Shown one piece after another: positions 31,804 to 45,799 of a stretch of DNA of 64,000 nucleotides. The first letter of the stretch is position 1. Each line of letters begins with the position of its first letter. The notes under the pieces are model-generated. The model made no database searches. It had not been told where the DNA came from and saw nothing but the letters and a program-made list of their open reading frames with translations. The DNA comes from Utricularia gibba (taxonomy: Eukaryota > Plantae > Magnoliophyta): NCBI GenBank assembly GCA_002189035.1, contig CM007992.1, positions 1,178,001 through 1,242,000 on the forward strand, given 5' to 3'. Made by a program: the position numbers and the translations under genes.

Positions 31804-34800
31804 ATGGAACCCGACGCCAGCATCGACACAAGCTGCATGATTCGTGTGGCGGTGCTGCCAGTTGCCGGCATCTCTCCGTCTCTCTTTCGTGACTACGCTT
31901 CGCTGCTTGCTTCCCACCACACCGTCTCCCTTAGTTCCATTAGTTCCTTCTACACTGAGCATCAGAAATCGCCATTCGCAAATCAGCGGTGGGATACAGG
32001 AGCCCTTCGCTTCAAATTCATCCTCGGTGGATCTCCACCGTCTCCTTGGGAGGATTTCCAGTCCAATCGGAAGGTTCTTGCCGTCATTGGTTTTTGCCAC
32101 TGCCCTTCCTCTCCGGATCTCCAACAAGTTGCTCAACAATTTGTGGCGGCTTGTAAGAGTTATTCCTCATCGCTGGTTCAGAGATGTTTCGCTTTCTGTC
32201 CCGGAGATTCTCAGGTTAGCTTCATTGAGTTTAATTGGTGTGCTCAACGCGAAGCCCTCACTAATTAGTAATTCGCCACTTTTTGTATCTGCATTCGTGT
32301 AAGTTGTTGTTTTGAGTGTTCACATGGCGTACTGGGATTGCGTTGCAGTTAGAAGAAGAGAGCTACAAAGGTAGCAACCTAGTTTTGTTTCCTCCAGCTG
32401 ATCAACAGACGCAGGAACTTCATTTGCAAACGATGATGCAAGATGTTGCTGCATCTCTGCTGATGGAATTTGAGAAATGGGTTCTGAAGGCAGAATCTGG
32501 TGGTAGTATATTGAAAACACCTCTAGATTCGCAAGCTAGCCTTAACTCAGAGGAGGTTGAGTAAACTTTTTCATATCTTTGTTCTCACTCTGTGACTTAT
32601 AGCTTTCTCGATCAAAATTAACAGGTGATTAAGGCTAAAAAGCGAAGGCTTGGCCGTGTACAAAAGACTATAGGAGATTATTGCTTGTTGGCTGGCTCAC
32701 CTGTTGATGCCAGTGCTCATTATTCTACTGCTTTGGACCTTACCCGATCAACTTCAGATTTTTTTTGGTATGCTGGAGCAAAAGAAGGAAGTGTTTGTGC
32801 ACTGCTGGTAAGCATGATAAGGAGAACCATTATTATTTTTTTGTCTCCTAATTTTTGCAGAATCTCTTTTAGCCATTTTTATTTCTGTTCTGGTGTTAAC
32901 TTATCCTTTGCCCTGTACTGGCGACATCAGAGAATAATTTTGGCCCAGAATATTAAAAAACGTTCACACCATTTGTTTTAAAATCTTCAACAGATTTTCA
33001 TTGTTGCACCACCGTGAGTATGCAACTTAAATTATTCTTGTCACATAGGCAAGTGCTTCAATCCTTATACTCTCTTACCATCACTTTATTCACATTATAT
33101 GTGATGCACTATTTTCTTGATGTTTTCCTGCACTTCTTTTGTGGGTGGATGGTGACTTTTGTTGAAATGGCAATGATAAATGCATATGGGTACAAGAAAA
33201 AAAGTTAACTAAGAAATAATTATATTGATTTCAATAGTATTCAAATGAATACTATCGTAAGATTTTTATTCATATGGTCCAAAGAAGAAAAAAAAACTGC
33301 ATTTACGCATTGTTATTCCTTTTTTTTTCTCAATGCATATTCTGCAGTATCTGATTTATCGCTGTTGGAGGTACCATATTGCCTTCTATTGATTTTCATG
33401 TATTTATTAGATGGATCAACTGGATCATAGAGACCCCATGATTGAAGATGAGGTTAAGTGGCAATACAATGATGCAATTCTGCACTATAAAAAGTCATTT
33501 ATACAAGACAATGCTCAGAGGTGAGCACGGTGCTTGAAAAATGCATCATCTGTTTTTATTGTATTGTATAACATCGGTTCACGGTATCATGCTGGAGTTC
33601 ATTTCATGATTTTTTGTGAACATATGGTTTCTGGTTCTTCCGAAAGGCTATACATACACAAATGAAGGCTATCCTTTTTCGTTTTCTGCTTCACTTTCAT
33701 TTTCTTTTTCATGATCTGTGATTTACTCAAGACAGCTACAATGTTCATGGATTGTGCTGTGGTTCTTTGGATCAGTAACCTTTGAAATAGTTGCCACTGG
33801 TTACAAAATTAGGTTATTACCTTTGTAACTGAGAACCGATTTTTCTTAAAGGACTACTGGCAAAGGCTGTGTTCTATGCTGTATAAAATGTTGACCTTAT
33901 GTCATTGAGTACTTAGTATCTCTTAAACGCTTGTGCATTTTCACTTTTCTTTTTTATGTGTCTTATGGATATGAGCCTTGCACAGGGTTTCACCATTGAG
34001 CTTTGAACTTGAGGCCGCATTAAAGCTGGCAAGATTCCTATGCAGGTAACCAAGTCATGCTTTTGCTTTCAAAACAAGGCTTTGAGTTCTCTCATGTTTT
34101 AGATGTCTTTCATTTGGATTATTTTTCAAGGCGGGAGCTGGCAAAAGATGTTACAGAATTGCTTAAAACCACTGCCTATGGAGCAAAATCTCTTGTTGAT
34201 CCGAGTGACAAATTAGTAGTATATGCTGAAGTAGCACGTCTGTTTGGAGCACTTGGTTATCATCGAAAGTCTGCCTTTTTCTCGAGACAGGTGGCTCAGT
34301 TGTACTTGCAACAGGATAATAAACTTGCCGCCATCAGTGCCATGCAAATATTGGCTATGACTACAAAAGCTTATCGTGTTGAAAGTCGTGCATATAGTGG
34401 GCAATCCAGTGTAAGTTTTGAAGCACCAATAATACCTTTACTCTTCCTTATGGCTTTACATTTTGAGCTTGAAAAAACTGCTAGCAAGTGAAGTTGAGGT
34501 TGTATGCTAAGTGTTTGTGGAAAGATGAACCTGTAACTCTTCTGCTCATCATCTTGCTGCTCATAGAAGAATGACCATGCATCATCTTTGCATTTGAATT
34601 TTATCATTTAATTTATATGCATTGTAGGATGCTGGACAAACTTTTCTTGATGGGGGGAAAATGCATCACCACTCAATTGTATCCTTATTTGAGTCGCAAT
34701 GGAGCACCCTGCAGATGGTTGTGCTGCGAGAAATTCTTCTCTGTGCTGTGCGTGCAGGTGACCCACCTGCTGCTTGGAGTGCAGCTGCACGGTTACTTAG

Positions 34801-37445
34801 ATCTTATTATCCACTTATCACACCGGCTGGTCAAAATGGGCTTGCTTGCGCTCTTGCTAGTGCTGCTGAGAGGCTTCCTATGGGAACCCGGTGCAGTGAT
34901 CCTGCTCTCCCCTTTGTCAGGTAAATTGATGAGTGTTTGAATTTTCTTATTTCTTAAGCAATTTCGATTGCATGGTTTCATTTGCTTCTTTACTTTGAAA
35001 TTTACATCCTGTATGATTAATTTTTGTGTAAGCTGTAGCATTAATTTCTCTAGCTACATTTATTTATTATCCTAAACAAGCATATGTTAATTGCAAACTA
35101 ATGTTGATGTGTGTAAAAAATGTTTATTTATTTATTTTTTGAACCATGTCTGTGTTACTGTAAATGTATCAGGTTCTATTCACATCCTCAACACTCATTA
35201 CAAATGGACATTGTGAAGCGCAATTTGAGTCGAGAAGATTGGTGGATGGGTTCAGCTCCTTCTGGTCCATTCATATACACACCGTTTAGCAAAGGTGAGG
35301 CGACTCAGGGGAATAAGCAAGAGATATTGTGGGTGATTGGTGAGCCGGTTCAAGTGCTTGTGGAATTGGCAAATCCCTGTGGTTTTGAACTGCTTGTTGA
35401 AAGCATCTCCCTCTCAGTGCATTCTGGTAACATTGATGCTTTTCCGATAAGTGTCACTCTTCCAGCAAACTCCTCTAAGGTGGTCACTCTATCTGGAATT
35501 CCAACGAAGGAAGGCCCCATCTCAATTCCAGGATGTATGGTTCACTGTTTTGGTGTGATTACTGAACACCTTTTCAAAGATGTTGACAATCTTATCATTG
35601 GCGCAACTCAAGGGCTTGTGCTTTCTGACCCTTTCAGAAGCTGTGGCTCTGTGAGGTTAAAAAACGTATGTGTTCCAAACATTTCCGTTGTATCACCATT
35701 GCCTTTGTTAGTATCGAAGATCGTTGGTGGTGATGGCTCTGTCATGCTATATGAAGGTGAAATTCGTGATATATGGATCAGTTTGGCCAATGCGGGCACT
35801 GTTCCCGTTGAACAGGCGAATATCTCATTATCAGGCAAAAATCAAGATTCTGTTCTATTCTATGCTTCTGAGACCCTTATGTCAGCTCTCCCTCTTAAGC
35901 CTGGTGCAGAAATAACAATATGTGTAACTATAAAAGCCTGGCAGCTTGGCGCAATGGACGCTGATGCTGTTTCTAGCAAAGGTGGTCCTGGGAAACGGTT
36001 CAAGGATGGAAATAGTCCTATCCTCTTGATCCACTATGCAGGTTTGTTGCACAGGAGTTATTTTGAGTAAATTATTCAGTAGTCTATTAACTTGTTGCTC
36101 TCTCTTATTGACTTAAGATCTTAGTTCTGGATCTGACACTGTGGCTTGACATAATTTAGGCCCACTCACAAATCATGGAGATCCATCAACTCTGTCAGCT
36201 CCCCCTGCTGGTAGGCGATTGATCATTCCATTAAACATCTCTGTTTCTCGGGCTTGTCCTTTGTAAGAGCTCGCTTGTTGTCAATGGAAATTCCAGCTCA
36301 TGTCAGTGAAAATGAGGAAAAGCTAGTGAAAGACGCAAGTCACTCTAATGGGAAAACCACATCCTCAGATAGACAAGCAGAAAGATTTATGAAAATTGAT
36401 CCTTACCGGGGAAGTTGGGGGCTCCAGTTGCTTGAGCTCGAGTTGTCTAATCCAACTGATATGGTCTTCGAGATCATTGTTTCAGTTGACATGGAGCATC
36501 CTGATGAGAAAGAAAGCCCTTCACTCCCTTCCTCCTCGTATATTTGCAATCCAAAAACAAGGATTGATCGAGATTACACTGCTAGAGTGCTTATTCCCTT
36601 GGAACATTTTAAGTTGCCAGTTCTTGATGGTTCCGTCCTTGCCAAAGGCCAACCAATGTCAGAGAAAAGTTTAAAGACTGAGCTTAACGCATTTATTAAG
36701 GGTTTGATTTCAAGAATTAAAGTCAAGTGGCAATCTGGACGCAATAGCTCTGGGGAGTTAGATATCAAAGATGCTGTACAAGCTGCACTCCAGGCATCTG
36801 TCATGGACGTCCTACTGCCAGATCCGCTGACATTTGGTTTTAGGCTGCTGAAACATAGTTTAGAGGCTTGGGAGGAAACGGATTCAGTGAACGAAGTTCC
36901 CTTTCCTGCAGGATCCATTGTAGCACACGAAATGACTGGAATGGAGGTTCTTATTCGCAACAACACCATGGAAACTATCGTGATTAACCTTAGCATCACA
37001 TGTAAAGATGTCGCAGGAGAAAACTGCATGGATGGTGGGGAGGCCACAGTGCTATGGGAAGGTGAATTTTGTTAAATTATTTGGGTAAACAGTAGAATTT
37101 ACTGTGTCACCACATTCTTTTGCATCAAGAGTATAATGGACACGAGTTAGCAGCCTTAATGAGCAAATCTGGTTTATGAATATTTTTTTCATCGTATGAT
37201 ACTAAATGATAGTTTGTTTTCCAGGTGTGCTAACGGGTATTTCCTTGGAGATACCTGCTCTGCATGAAGTGAGACACATTTTCTCCCTGTTTTTCTTAAT
37301 CCCGGGAGACTACACCATGTTGGCTGCTGCAGTTATAAATGATGCCAGCAAAGTTCTCCGAGCTCGAGCAAGAACAAGTTCAAGCGACGAGCCAATTGTC
37401 TGCCGTGGACCACCATTTCATGTAACAGTCGATGGAACTGCGTGA
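31804..37445 (+). CDS. TRS120: TRAPPII-specific subunit 120 (TRAPPC9); apparent frameshift near 36250
   Basis: MEPDASIDTSCMIRVAVLP, SSFYTEHQKSPF, GGSPPSPWEDFQSNRK, LQTMMQDVAASLLMEFEKWVL, MHHHSIVSLFESQWSTLQMVVLREIL, SAPSGPFIYTPF, RARLLSMEIPAHV, WQSGRNSSGEL and C-terminal CRGPPFHV. There are 10 GT-AG exons. Confidence 0.95.
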
Positions 37446-38947
37446 CAAGACAGTTCTTGCACATACAAAGGTTCAACCAACAGACCACCTTGCTGGATTC
37501 GGCCTTCATTTGTGGAGGATAAAGGGAAAGGTATCACAGCAGATATTTTTGGCTTTGGATGAATGAGTACTCCTGCTGCAACTCCCACATGTGGCCGGAC
37601 CGGAGAAGCTGAGTAGATTCCTCATATCCCGGAGTGATCTTGTGAAGAAGACCTGCCAATCGATTCATTTGTGCAGCATGTATCTATCAGAAGCGCACGG
37701 AAGCCCTGTGGCTCGAATTTCATATATATATCTATATGCATGCATTTGTTGGCTCTGGAGTATTCTCTTAGTTTTTGTTATTCAAGCATCCCGCGAGTGT
37801 GCAGGTGATGAAGGAAATAACCAATGCATCCATCTGTCTTCCTGGTTGGCGTACGGATGATCAACTTCAGCCCCAACCGGCCGGCAAATGGAGTGAGTAT
37901 ATTGGCATGGTGAAAGTCTGTCTTGTCTTCTCATAACCAGCCTGTACTCTTGCCCTTTCCGCCCAGGTCCACAGTGCGGTGCATACTCCCGAACCGGATT
38001 GCCATCTCATGGTAAGTAGTACTCGCAAAAATATATGGTTTAAATTACTTGAGAAGATAAAAACAAAGCACGGTGCAAATGTGTGACGGCATCCTCTTGA
38101 CAACTAGAGCGAGCCGCTTGCTTCACCCCTGTGGCCATTGGTCTCTGGGCCTGCATTCTGTGAGAAATTTGATCATTTCATATGATAAAAAATGCTCTTG
38201 TTGTATGAGAGACGAGTGATGGTCAGATTTCCCAAAGGCCGCGGCCGTACTCATGGGCCGCCGAATGCTCAGATCGACCCGGCCCAGGTGCACCCACATA
38301 AACAAAAAAACATTACTTGGGTCTATGTTTGATGGAGGTGGAAAGATTGCATTGGAGGATTTCACACATGCATACATATCTAGAAAAACATTCTCTAGAA
38401 GATTCTTTGGAATTCGAGGGGGAAACTTCATTTCTTTATTTTTTACAATATTTGGGTTTGTAACTATCATGTTTGATATTGTAATTTTGACTTTAAATCG
38501 TTTATTAATTTGATTTATTCAATTCTAATAAAAATGTGTTTTATAGTATAGTATTAAATATTTATATCAAGTTTATGTATATATTGTTATTTGATTAATT
38601 AATATCTATATACTTATTTTTTTAAATGCATAGATAATATATAAAAATAAAGTAAAAATCTAATTATATATATTAAATATTATATACAATTATATATATA
38701 TATATATATTATATTTAAATATATTAATAGTATGCTATCAACAACTCTAAATCTCATAATAGATAAATAATTCACATTCAAAGGTTGTCTTGTAATATCA
38801 TAAAACAGTGGCTTAAAAAATCCCCAAGTACAAAGCCATCGTCATCGGCCACGGAGTTGCAGCGTCTTTCAATTTCGCAGTCGGAGGCGCATCAGGTCCG
38901 CAATCCGCTTGGCGTTGGATGCTCTTCTTGATCCACCTGAATCAGGC

Positions 38948-40583
38948 CTATGAAAACCAGTCGGAAAGGTTTGCTATCAGGAACCCCACGAAGACCTGCG
39001 TTCATCAGATCAGCGCCATCACTACAGAACTGGGGGCCAAAAGAAGAGCATCATGATCACCTGGACGGAGCCGAATACATAGATCATGGAGTAGCGCCGC
39101 CCATGGATCATCATATCAGCGATCATGGCGAAGGGGATGGTGAGGGACATGCCCAGCGTCGCCACCAGCGGCGTCGTCCACACCACGCTTAGCGCCCTGG
39201 GGAGAGAAGCAGCCTCATGTCTGCCTTGATTTGAATGGGGTGGGTTTAGGATGGCGTACCAGAAGTAATCGGAAAGGACACTTCCGATGATCCCATTCGC
39301 AAGCACCACCTCGTCCAGCTTTGTGCTGTCAGGGACTTTGAACTCGGGCTCTATTCCCAATGCCGTCAATGGCCACACTGAGTTCAACGCAGAAAGGAAT
39401 CATCATCTCTCCCTCACGTTGCGGTTTCAGGTGAAAAAAATGGATTGAAATCGTGGTCTTACCCAGCCACCATAGACAGACGAGTGTGAATAAACCAATG
39501 TAACCAAACAGCTTCTGCACATCTGCCTTTTCCCCCTCGTCGCCTGAAAACTTTTTGAGAAGCACTGCACCGGAACACAAGGGCAGACACAGTAAGGCCA
39601 CAGACCAATCTCAGATGAGTAGTTCACCGGCGGCAGGAGGCGAACGGACCTGTAAACAAGCCGTATGTCACGGCTGACAGAAGGCCCAGTACGTCTCCAA
39701 CAAGAGAGCGCTCTGTATCCCTGATGAGATCCAAACCAAGTCTTAAGATCCGGAACACATACATACCATGGCCATTTTGAAGTTTTTCAGCTTACGCAGA
39801 ATCATCTACTTGAGAGTCATCATCAGCAGACCATGTCTTCCCTAAAGTCGTCATCGCCACACCAGCCATGCTGACAAACACAGCAACCACCCTCGCCACA
39901 TTCAGGGAATCTTGGCCCATGAAGGCTCCAATAAAAAGGGTAAACAGCCCTGATGTCGAAGACAAGATCGTTGTACTTGCTACGCTTGTGTGCGCCAATG
40001 CAGCATTGGAGAGGTACTGACAAAGAGGGAATGTTGTTTAAAGCTGTGCAGGTAATCAGAAACATGAATCAGAGAAAAAGCACCTCTGTCATGAACCAGA
40101 GAGGAGCAATACAGAATCCATAGGCAGCGATTTCTTTGGTGGAGAACACCTTGACATGATCCATAGCCATAGCTCTAACCCCAAGCTCAGGAGCCAGAAG
40201 CTTTCCCTCTTCTTCTGCAATATTCGTCCCACTATCCTTTCTGTTCATAGGGGAATATGCTTCCATTTCAAAGGTTTTCTTTCCCAGCCTTCGCCTATTG
40301 ATGAAGTTATACAGCCAATCTTTGAGGAACGAGATGGGCAGATAGACCACCATCAGAGAAACTCCCAGGTACGTTATCGCAAAGGGTTGTCTGTAAGCTG
40401 TAAAAATATCCTGTCAACATATCAATCATCAAAAACAAAATGAATTCCCAAAAGGATCAAAACCAAAACGGAAATGAAAAGATTGGAGACACATCCTCGA
40501 ACCTGTGTAACCTCCGCGGATGTAACCCAAATGATGACAACCGCAGCGATCAACAGGAGTCCAGCTTTGTACGTCCACCCCAT
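38948..40583 (-). CDS. EamA/DMT-family (SLC35F-like, THI74/YML018C-like) membrane transporter
   Basis: Spliced: MGWTYKAGLLLIAAVVIIWVTSAEVTQ|DIFTAYRQPFAITYLG, YLSNAALAHTSVASTTILSSTSGLFTL, GSVLSDYFW|ALSVVWTTPLVATLGMSLTIPFAMIADM and VFVGFLIANLSDWFS*. Confidence 0.9.
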
Positions 40584-41420
40584 GGAATCTTGAATGTCTA
40601 TGGACGTGTCATGTCAACATTCCGTCAAGATTTTGAAATGGGAGAAAAAAACTCTGCAGAGAAGGCGAAGGGAGAATAAAAGGAGCTGATGAGGCAGGCT
40701 TTTGCTTTTCTTAGATTGATGGATGGTCAATGAAATGGGAAGTCATTCCCTGAAAATGAAAGGGCATGTTCCACATACAAAGGGGGATAACTAAAATGAT
40801 CATGTGTGTTTGTTGAAATTCATACATGTTTGATAGATGTATTCTTTAATTTGCATCTTGAGTATGTAAAAACCATTAGTGACTTTCAATGTTAAAATTT
40901 AGCATCTATTTGGTATATTTTTTCTTTTCCAAAAGTTATTTCAAAAAATTAGGAATTGAAAATTTTCAACTTATTAAAATTGAAAAAGCAATCCTAAAAT
41001 TTTTTTAGAACAAAATTCACTCTGCAATTTCTGGTTTCCAAAACATACGAATATGATAAAATGATGTAAGTAATGAAAGATCAATTGTCAGATTAAGGCT
41101 TAATGTGTTTAATAACAAGAGCGATTATAAATTATTTATATGAAAAACATAAGAAATTTAAATACATGTTTATGAATTCAATCTATCAAATACTTTTTTT
41201 TAAATATAATCCTACAATAAACACATTTGAAAAGAATTTATTTATTTTTTAGCTTATCATGGGTTATTACTGTTATCATTTTACCATCTCTGGTTTAGTA
41301 TCCAGTATGAGAGCACAGGGAGGGAGGGAGGGGGATGATGGAGAGGGAGGAGTGTAAGAAGATATTCGCAAGTGTCTGAATTTGGACATGATCAACACAG
41401 CAACTGTGGATCCAAATGGA

Positions 41421-42056
41421 TCAGGGAGCAGGAAGCACTTTCTTGACTATCTCCTGACTGAGAGCAGCGATCTGTGAATCCAGTGCCTTGATCGTCTCCT
41501 CCTTCTGCTTCTCCAAATTCGCCAACGCTTCCTGCAGCTCCGCCTCCACCTTCCGCCGTCCCTCGCCCAGTTTCAGCTCCACTTCGGCCTGCGTCTCCTT
41601 CTTCATCTTGTTCAGCGCCGCAGATATCTCCGCCCGCGCCGCTCTCATCACCGCCGCCGCCTGTTCTTCCAATTGCTTGACTTCCGAGGAGGTATCCTTC
41701 ACGCTGCTCAAATTCTCTCTAATCGCCGCGTCCCTCTTGTCCATGAATTGCCCTAGTGGACTGAACCAGATCTTATCCAAAGCGACCATCAGGACCAAGA
41801 ATTCAACCGCGATGATGGGGAGGGTGAGGTTGAAATCGAAGAGGGCCGCCTTCTCAATCTCCTCCGCCAGCGAAGGCGGCACCGCCATCCCCAGCGATAC
41901 AGCTGCTACCGACGCCGCCGCGAGGAGTCGCCGATGCGTTTCAGGGAGCTTGGGAACCAGGGACAATTTCCCCAAATTTAGGTTGAAATGGGGCTTCATT
42001 TTCGGAACGACCGCCATGAAAGGCCTGCAAGAGGAAGCAGAGATCATACCCGCCAT
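41421..42056 (-). CDS. ATPG: Chloroplast ATP synthase subunit b' (CF0-II), intronless, with transit peptide
   Basis: [21 protein letters not shown], a TM helix, [17 protein letters not shown], a coiled coil and [18 protein letters not shown]. Confidence 0.97.
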   Translation of the reverse strand: MAGMISASSCRPFMAVVPKMKPHFNLNLGKLSLVPKLPETHRRLLAAASVAAVSLGMAVPPSLAEEIEKAALFDFNLTLPIIAVEFLVLMVALDKIWFSPLGQFMDKRDAAIRENLSSVKDTSSEVKQLEEQAAAVMRAARAEISAALNKMKKETQAEVELKLGEGRRKVEAELQEALANLEKQKEETIKALDSQIAALSQEIVKKVLPAP

Positions 42057-42104
42057 CTCTTCGCTGTGAACGATTTCTCCTCTCCAAACCTATCGCTTCC
42101 TCCA

Positions 42105-42128
42105 CCACACACACACACACACACACAC
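42105..42128. repeat. (CA)n microsatellite in the ATPG 5' region
   Basis: About 12 CA units. Confidence 0.9.
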
Positions 42129-42854
42129 AACCCGGCTTCAAGGTGCTAAGTTATTATATCTTCCCGTTTCTTGAAATGAAAACCAGTGGCCCTCAATTCA
42201 TGGCTGGAGATTTCATTCTTTTTTTTTTTAATTTGCTTTTAATAAAACCAAAAATTTAGAAACGCATATTATTATTACTAAAATAAAATTTTTTTATTTG
42301 TTAAAATGAAAACCAGCGTAGTAGCTTAGGTGTTTGTTTGTTAAATGTGATTAGTATACTATATGTATATATAATATATGTTACGTTTTGAATCTATATG
42401 ATTATTAACAATGTTACATACAAAATTGTTTTGAATGCAACCTTATTTTCAAGGTGTGGTCACATTGCATATTTACTTATATATTTACCTATTTTAATGT
42501 AATGAATCATATTAATAAAGACAACCTAAATTCTAGTTTTTAATTAGATTGAATGGTCACAATTCATTTTTCTTGGATTCTGAAGATCATTAACATGATC
42601 AATTCATAATTTAAAATAATTTAACTATCATAATTATGTCACATTTAACCCAATTTATATCCCAAGCTATTTGTAATTCAAAATCATTCAAATTCGATTC
42701 AATTATGCTTTAATTAGTACCTAGAGAATACTTGCCATTTATCGAAATGGCGAAAAAGGGACAGAAACGGCGTCGTTTGTGGAATAGAAGCTCGGCCTAG
42801 CAATCTACTTCACTCTTGAAAGGGACAAAATCATGTTTCAAGAAGAGGGCCCGA

Positions 42855-44935
42855 TCATCTTCCGATGAGCTTGTAGTATGCATAGAGACCGGAGCCGAAG
42901 AAGCCGACGGCTTGCCCGAGGACATTCAACTATCACCCAGGAGGATACAGATGATCAGATAGATAGATGATTGGCTAAAAGAACAAGCTGCTGGTACTCA
43001 CCAAATCGAATGGGAGGCCACCAAATATCAACCATCCAAGTGTTATGGTGAAAAGATCCTTCACGCAGTTAAAAAAGTTCATGTTTCTGATGGGAATGGA
43101 GTAGGGCAGAAAAGATGAGGGAGTTTTCAGTACCAACCTTTAGATTCCCACAGATTGTCTGTGTGAGTGCAGAATTCAGTGTAGTATTCAGAAATATGCT
43201 GTAGTTGAGGAAGAAAGCCAGTACACAAGAGAACAGCAACACCACCTGAGGATCAATAAAGCTCGAGCTTTAAAAAAGCAAACCAGGCTGTAAATAGTCA
43301 AAGTGCTGCTTTCAAACGATGTCCTGTTTTCCCCTTATATTACCAGAAAACCAGGAGAGAGCAAAGATGGGAAATTCAGTGTCACTTCCAAGTCACCGCT
43401 AAAAAGAGTCCAAAGAAGTAACACAGGGCAGCACAAAATGCCTGGCAAATAAAATGAAGAGGGTGAAAAGGTGGAGTAATAAAATAGAGGTTCAAAGGCG
43501 TTTAGTCACGCACTGTTGCACCACATGAGTCCAAAGCTGTTAAGACCGCTAGATTTTCCTGAAATATTGAGAACATTAAGGATAAGGAATGTAATGGAAA
43601 CATGATGGAGGATGAATCAATGATTTTACCAACACGAGCTATGGTAGCAAGGTATATGGAAGTAGTGATGTTAGCAAAGAAGACTATGACATAGCCATTC
43701 GAGTCAAATGAAAGATCTCGGGCTCCAGCGATAAATGCTCCCAACACTATCAATGAAACACTGGTGAAACGATAATTAACTGGTAGAGCATCCAAAAATT
43801 GTAACGTGTAATAATCTTCAACAGATGCAGAACAATATTGATGCTTACCTTCCCATAATAGGGTATGTGTGTGTCTGCCTCACGAGGATATACTCAACAA
43901 CCATGGTAAATACCACTGTTGTTCTCCTCAAGGTTGTATACATCGGAACATTTACACCTCGAACGGACTCCATGGTGACTAGCTTTCATATTAACCACAT
44001 ATGCCATGAATGAATATGGGGTAAGTATGCTTGCAAATTATGACAGAAGTAGTTAAAGCAGATGCATTAGCAAGACTACTACCATGTAAAGCAAATATGC
44101 CAAAGCTAGTGGGGATGTTTCAATCAACTTTCTTAACGGCAAGAATGTCCTAGAACTTCCGCTAGTTGTTACAGCATCAATGGAATTAAAAGAAATGAGT
44201 TTTGAGCGGCGTAGGGCATAAAGAAAGCAGCAAGAACATATCATCTGCAATAGATAAGATAAATAGAAACTGTAAGTAGGTTAATCTGAGAAAAGGATAG
44301 GGGATGTTTGCAACAAAGCATGTCAGACGTGATCCATGCTGCATCATGAGTAATCAACAATAAATGGCCACAAGTAGATTTCTCTACTGCACCTGGCAAA
44401 GTGTGATGATATTAGCGCTTGGAAATTTGTAGGAAGATAGAGCTGCTTTGTTGAATAGTACCAGCAGAACTGTAAAATAACAAATGACTATTACAACTAT
44501 GCTAAAAGGCTCAAAACATGTCAACTGAACGAAATCTGTTGAGAATGAACCAGGTCAACAGCCCAACCCTAGGAAAGTTCACAATCTACTATGCTCATCA
44601 CAGAATTCTCACCCGCGGCTTCCAATTTTCCCAGTTCACCATCATAAGCCAAAGCTCATCATTACTAAACATGAGAAAGCACCAATGCAAGCCAATATCA
44701 ACAGACAAAACTAAGTTCGGGATCACGACAAGAACAGCATTCTCACGGCACAGATGCCGTTACAGTAAATCCGAATAGCAGAAATGAAATTACCAGCACA
44801 AGACATGTAAGAAACTGCAGCATACGCGCCGCGTCTACTCATGGCGGATCCTTTGAAAACCTTCTCATCCAGTCTCGGCGCGGCATCGGTGGAGGCTATA
44901 GGCAAAATTGAACCGCTCTTGGAACTAGAATCCAT
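42855..44935 (-). CDS. UGNT1: Nucleotide-sugar transporter, SLC35D-like (UDP-GlcNAc transporter clade), 10 exons
   Basis: FKGSAMSRRGAYAAVSYMSCA|VLLVLFNKAALSSYKFP, MESVRGVNVPMYTTLRRTTV, GAFIAGARDLSFDSNGY, GKSSGLNSFGLMWCN, FFLNYSIFLNTTLNSALTQTICGNLKD and GSGLYAYYKLIGR*. Confidence 0.88.
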
Positions 44936-45799
44936 CGCTCGCGACAAATGATTCAGAAGTTCAACCGGTTACTTGACTTCAGGTAGCCTCGGACACGGCA
45001 AAAGAGAAAAAGAGAAGCCTTTGGTCAATGCCGATTGCCATTTGCAGGAGGAGCGCACACACAGCATTTTTCTATTTTTTTATAATCGAAATGAATTGAA
45101 AAAAGAGAAAAATGGATTCAGCATTTTACCCTAATAATCATATATTTTATCGGAAATGATGGTAAAATATTGATTTAAAATACGAAACCAGGTGAAATAT
45201 AATATAATTAAATAAAAATAAATTTTTAAATTTAAATAAATAATTTTAAAATCTAAATTTAAAATAAGCATTCAAGATATTTGAAAACTGTGACATTTCT
45301 AAAGTTATAGATAATCAAGAAAATTGTTAAAATGTTGCAATGAAAAACAAAATAAAAGTGAGAAAATTTTTAAATGGTGCCGCTAATCTTTTAATCTTTA
45401 GGTAGTGTTTGGTTGATGATATTAAATAAAAATATTAATGATTATATTAAAATTTGCATTTTTAAAATTAATATTTAACATTCCTCAATCTTAGAAAATA
45501 TAAATCCCACTATTTATTTGATATTTTATTGCCATTGTTTTTGGGTTCTCGGTTGCATTCTCTTTTGGGTTTCTACAATTGGAGTTACTTTAGCTCTTGT
45601 TGTTGGTGAAAATTATGATGGGCGGTAGGATGAATCTTCGGTTGATTGCAGATTTATTTTCTCTTCCTGTTGGTTCTTTCTTTTAACTCAGTTACAGAAC
45701 CTGCAGAAGATGATTCTTGATAAAACTTATGTTTATGAAAAATGTGATGTTTTGAGTTACTTATTAGAATGAGTGGTGGAGCAAGGAAGCAACATGGGT

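Noticed and set aside
41102-41228. Possible small MITE with AATGTGTTTA/TAAACACATT ends
   Set aside because: The 10-bp AT-rich match has no TSD and is expected by chance in this composition.
41488-42069. 193-aa plus-strand ORF
   Set aside because: It is the antisense shadow of the GC-rich ATPG CDS. The same applies to 17262-17861, 36574-37047 and 61232-61750 opposite real genes.
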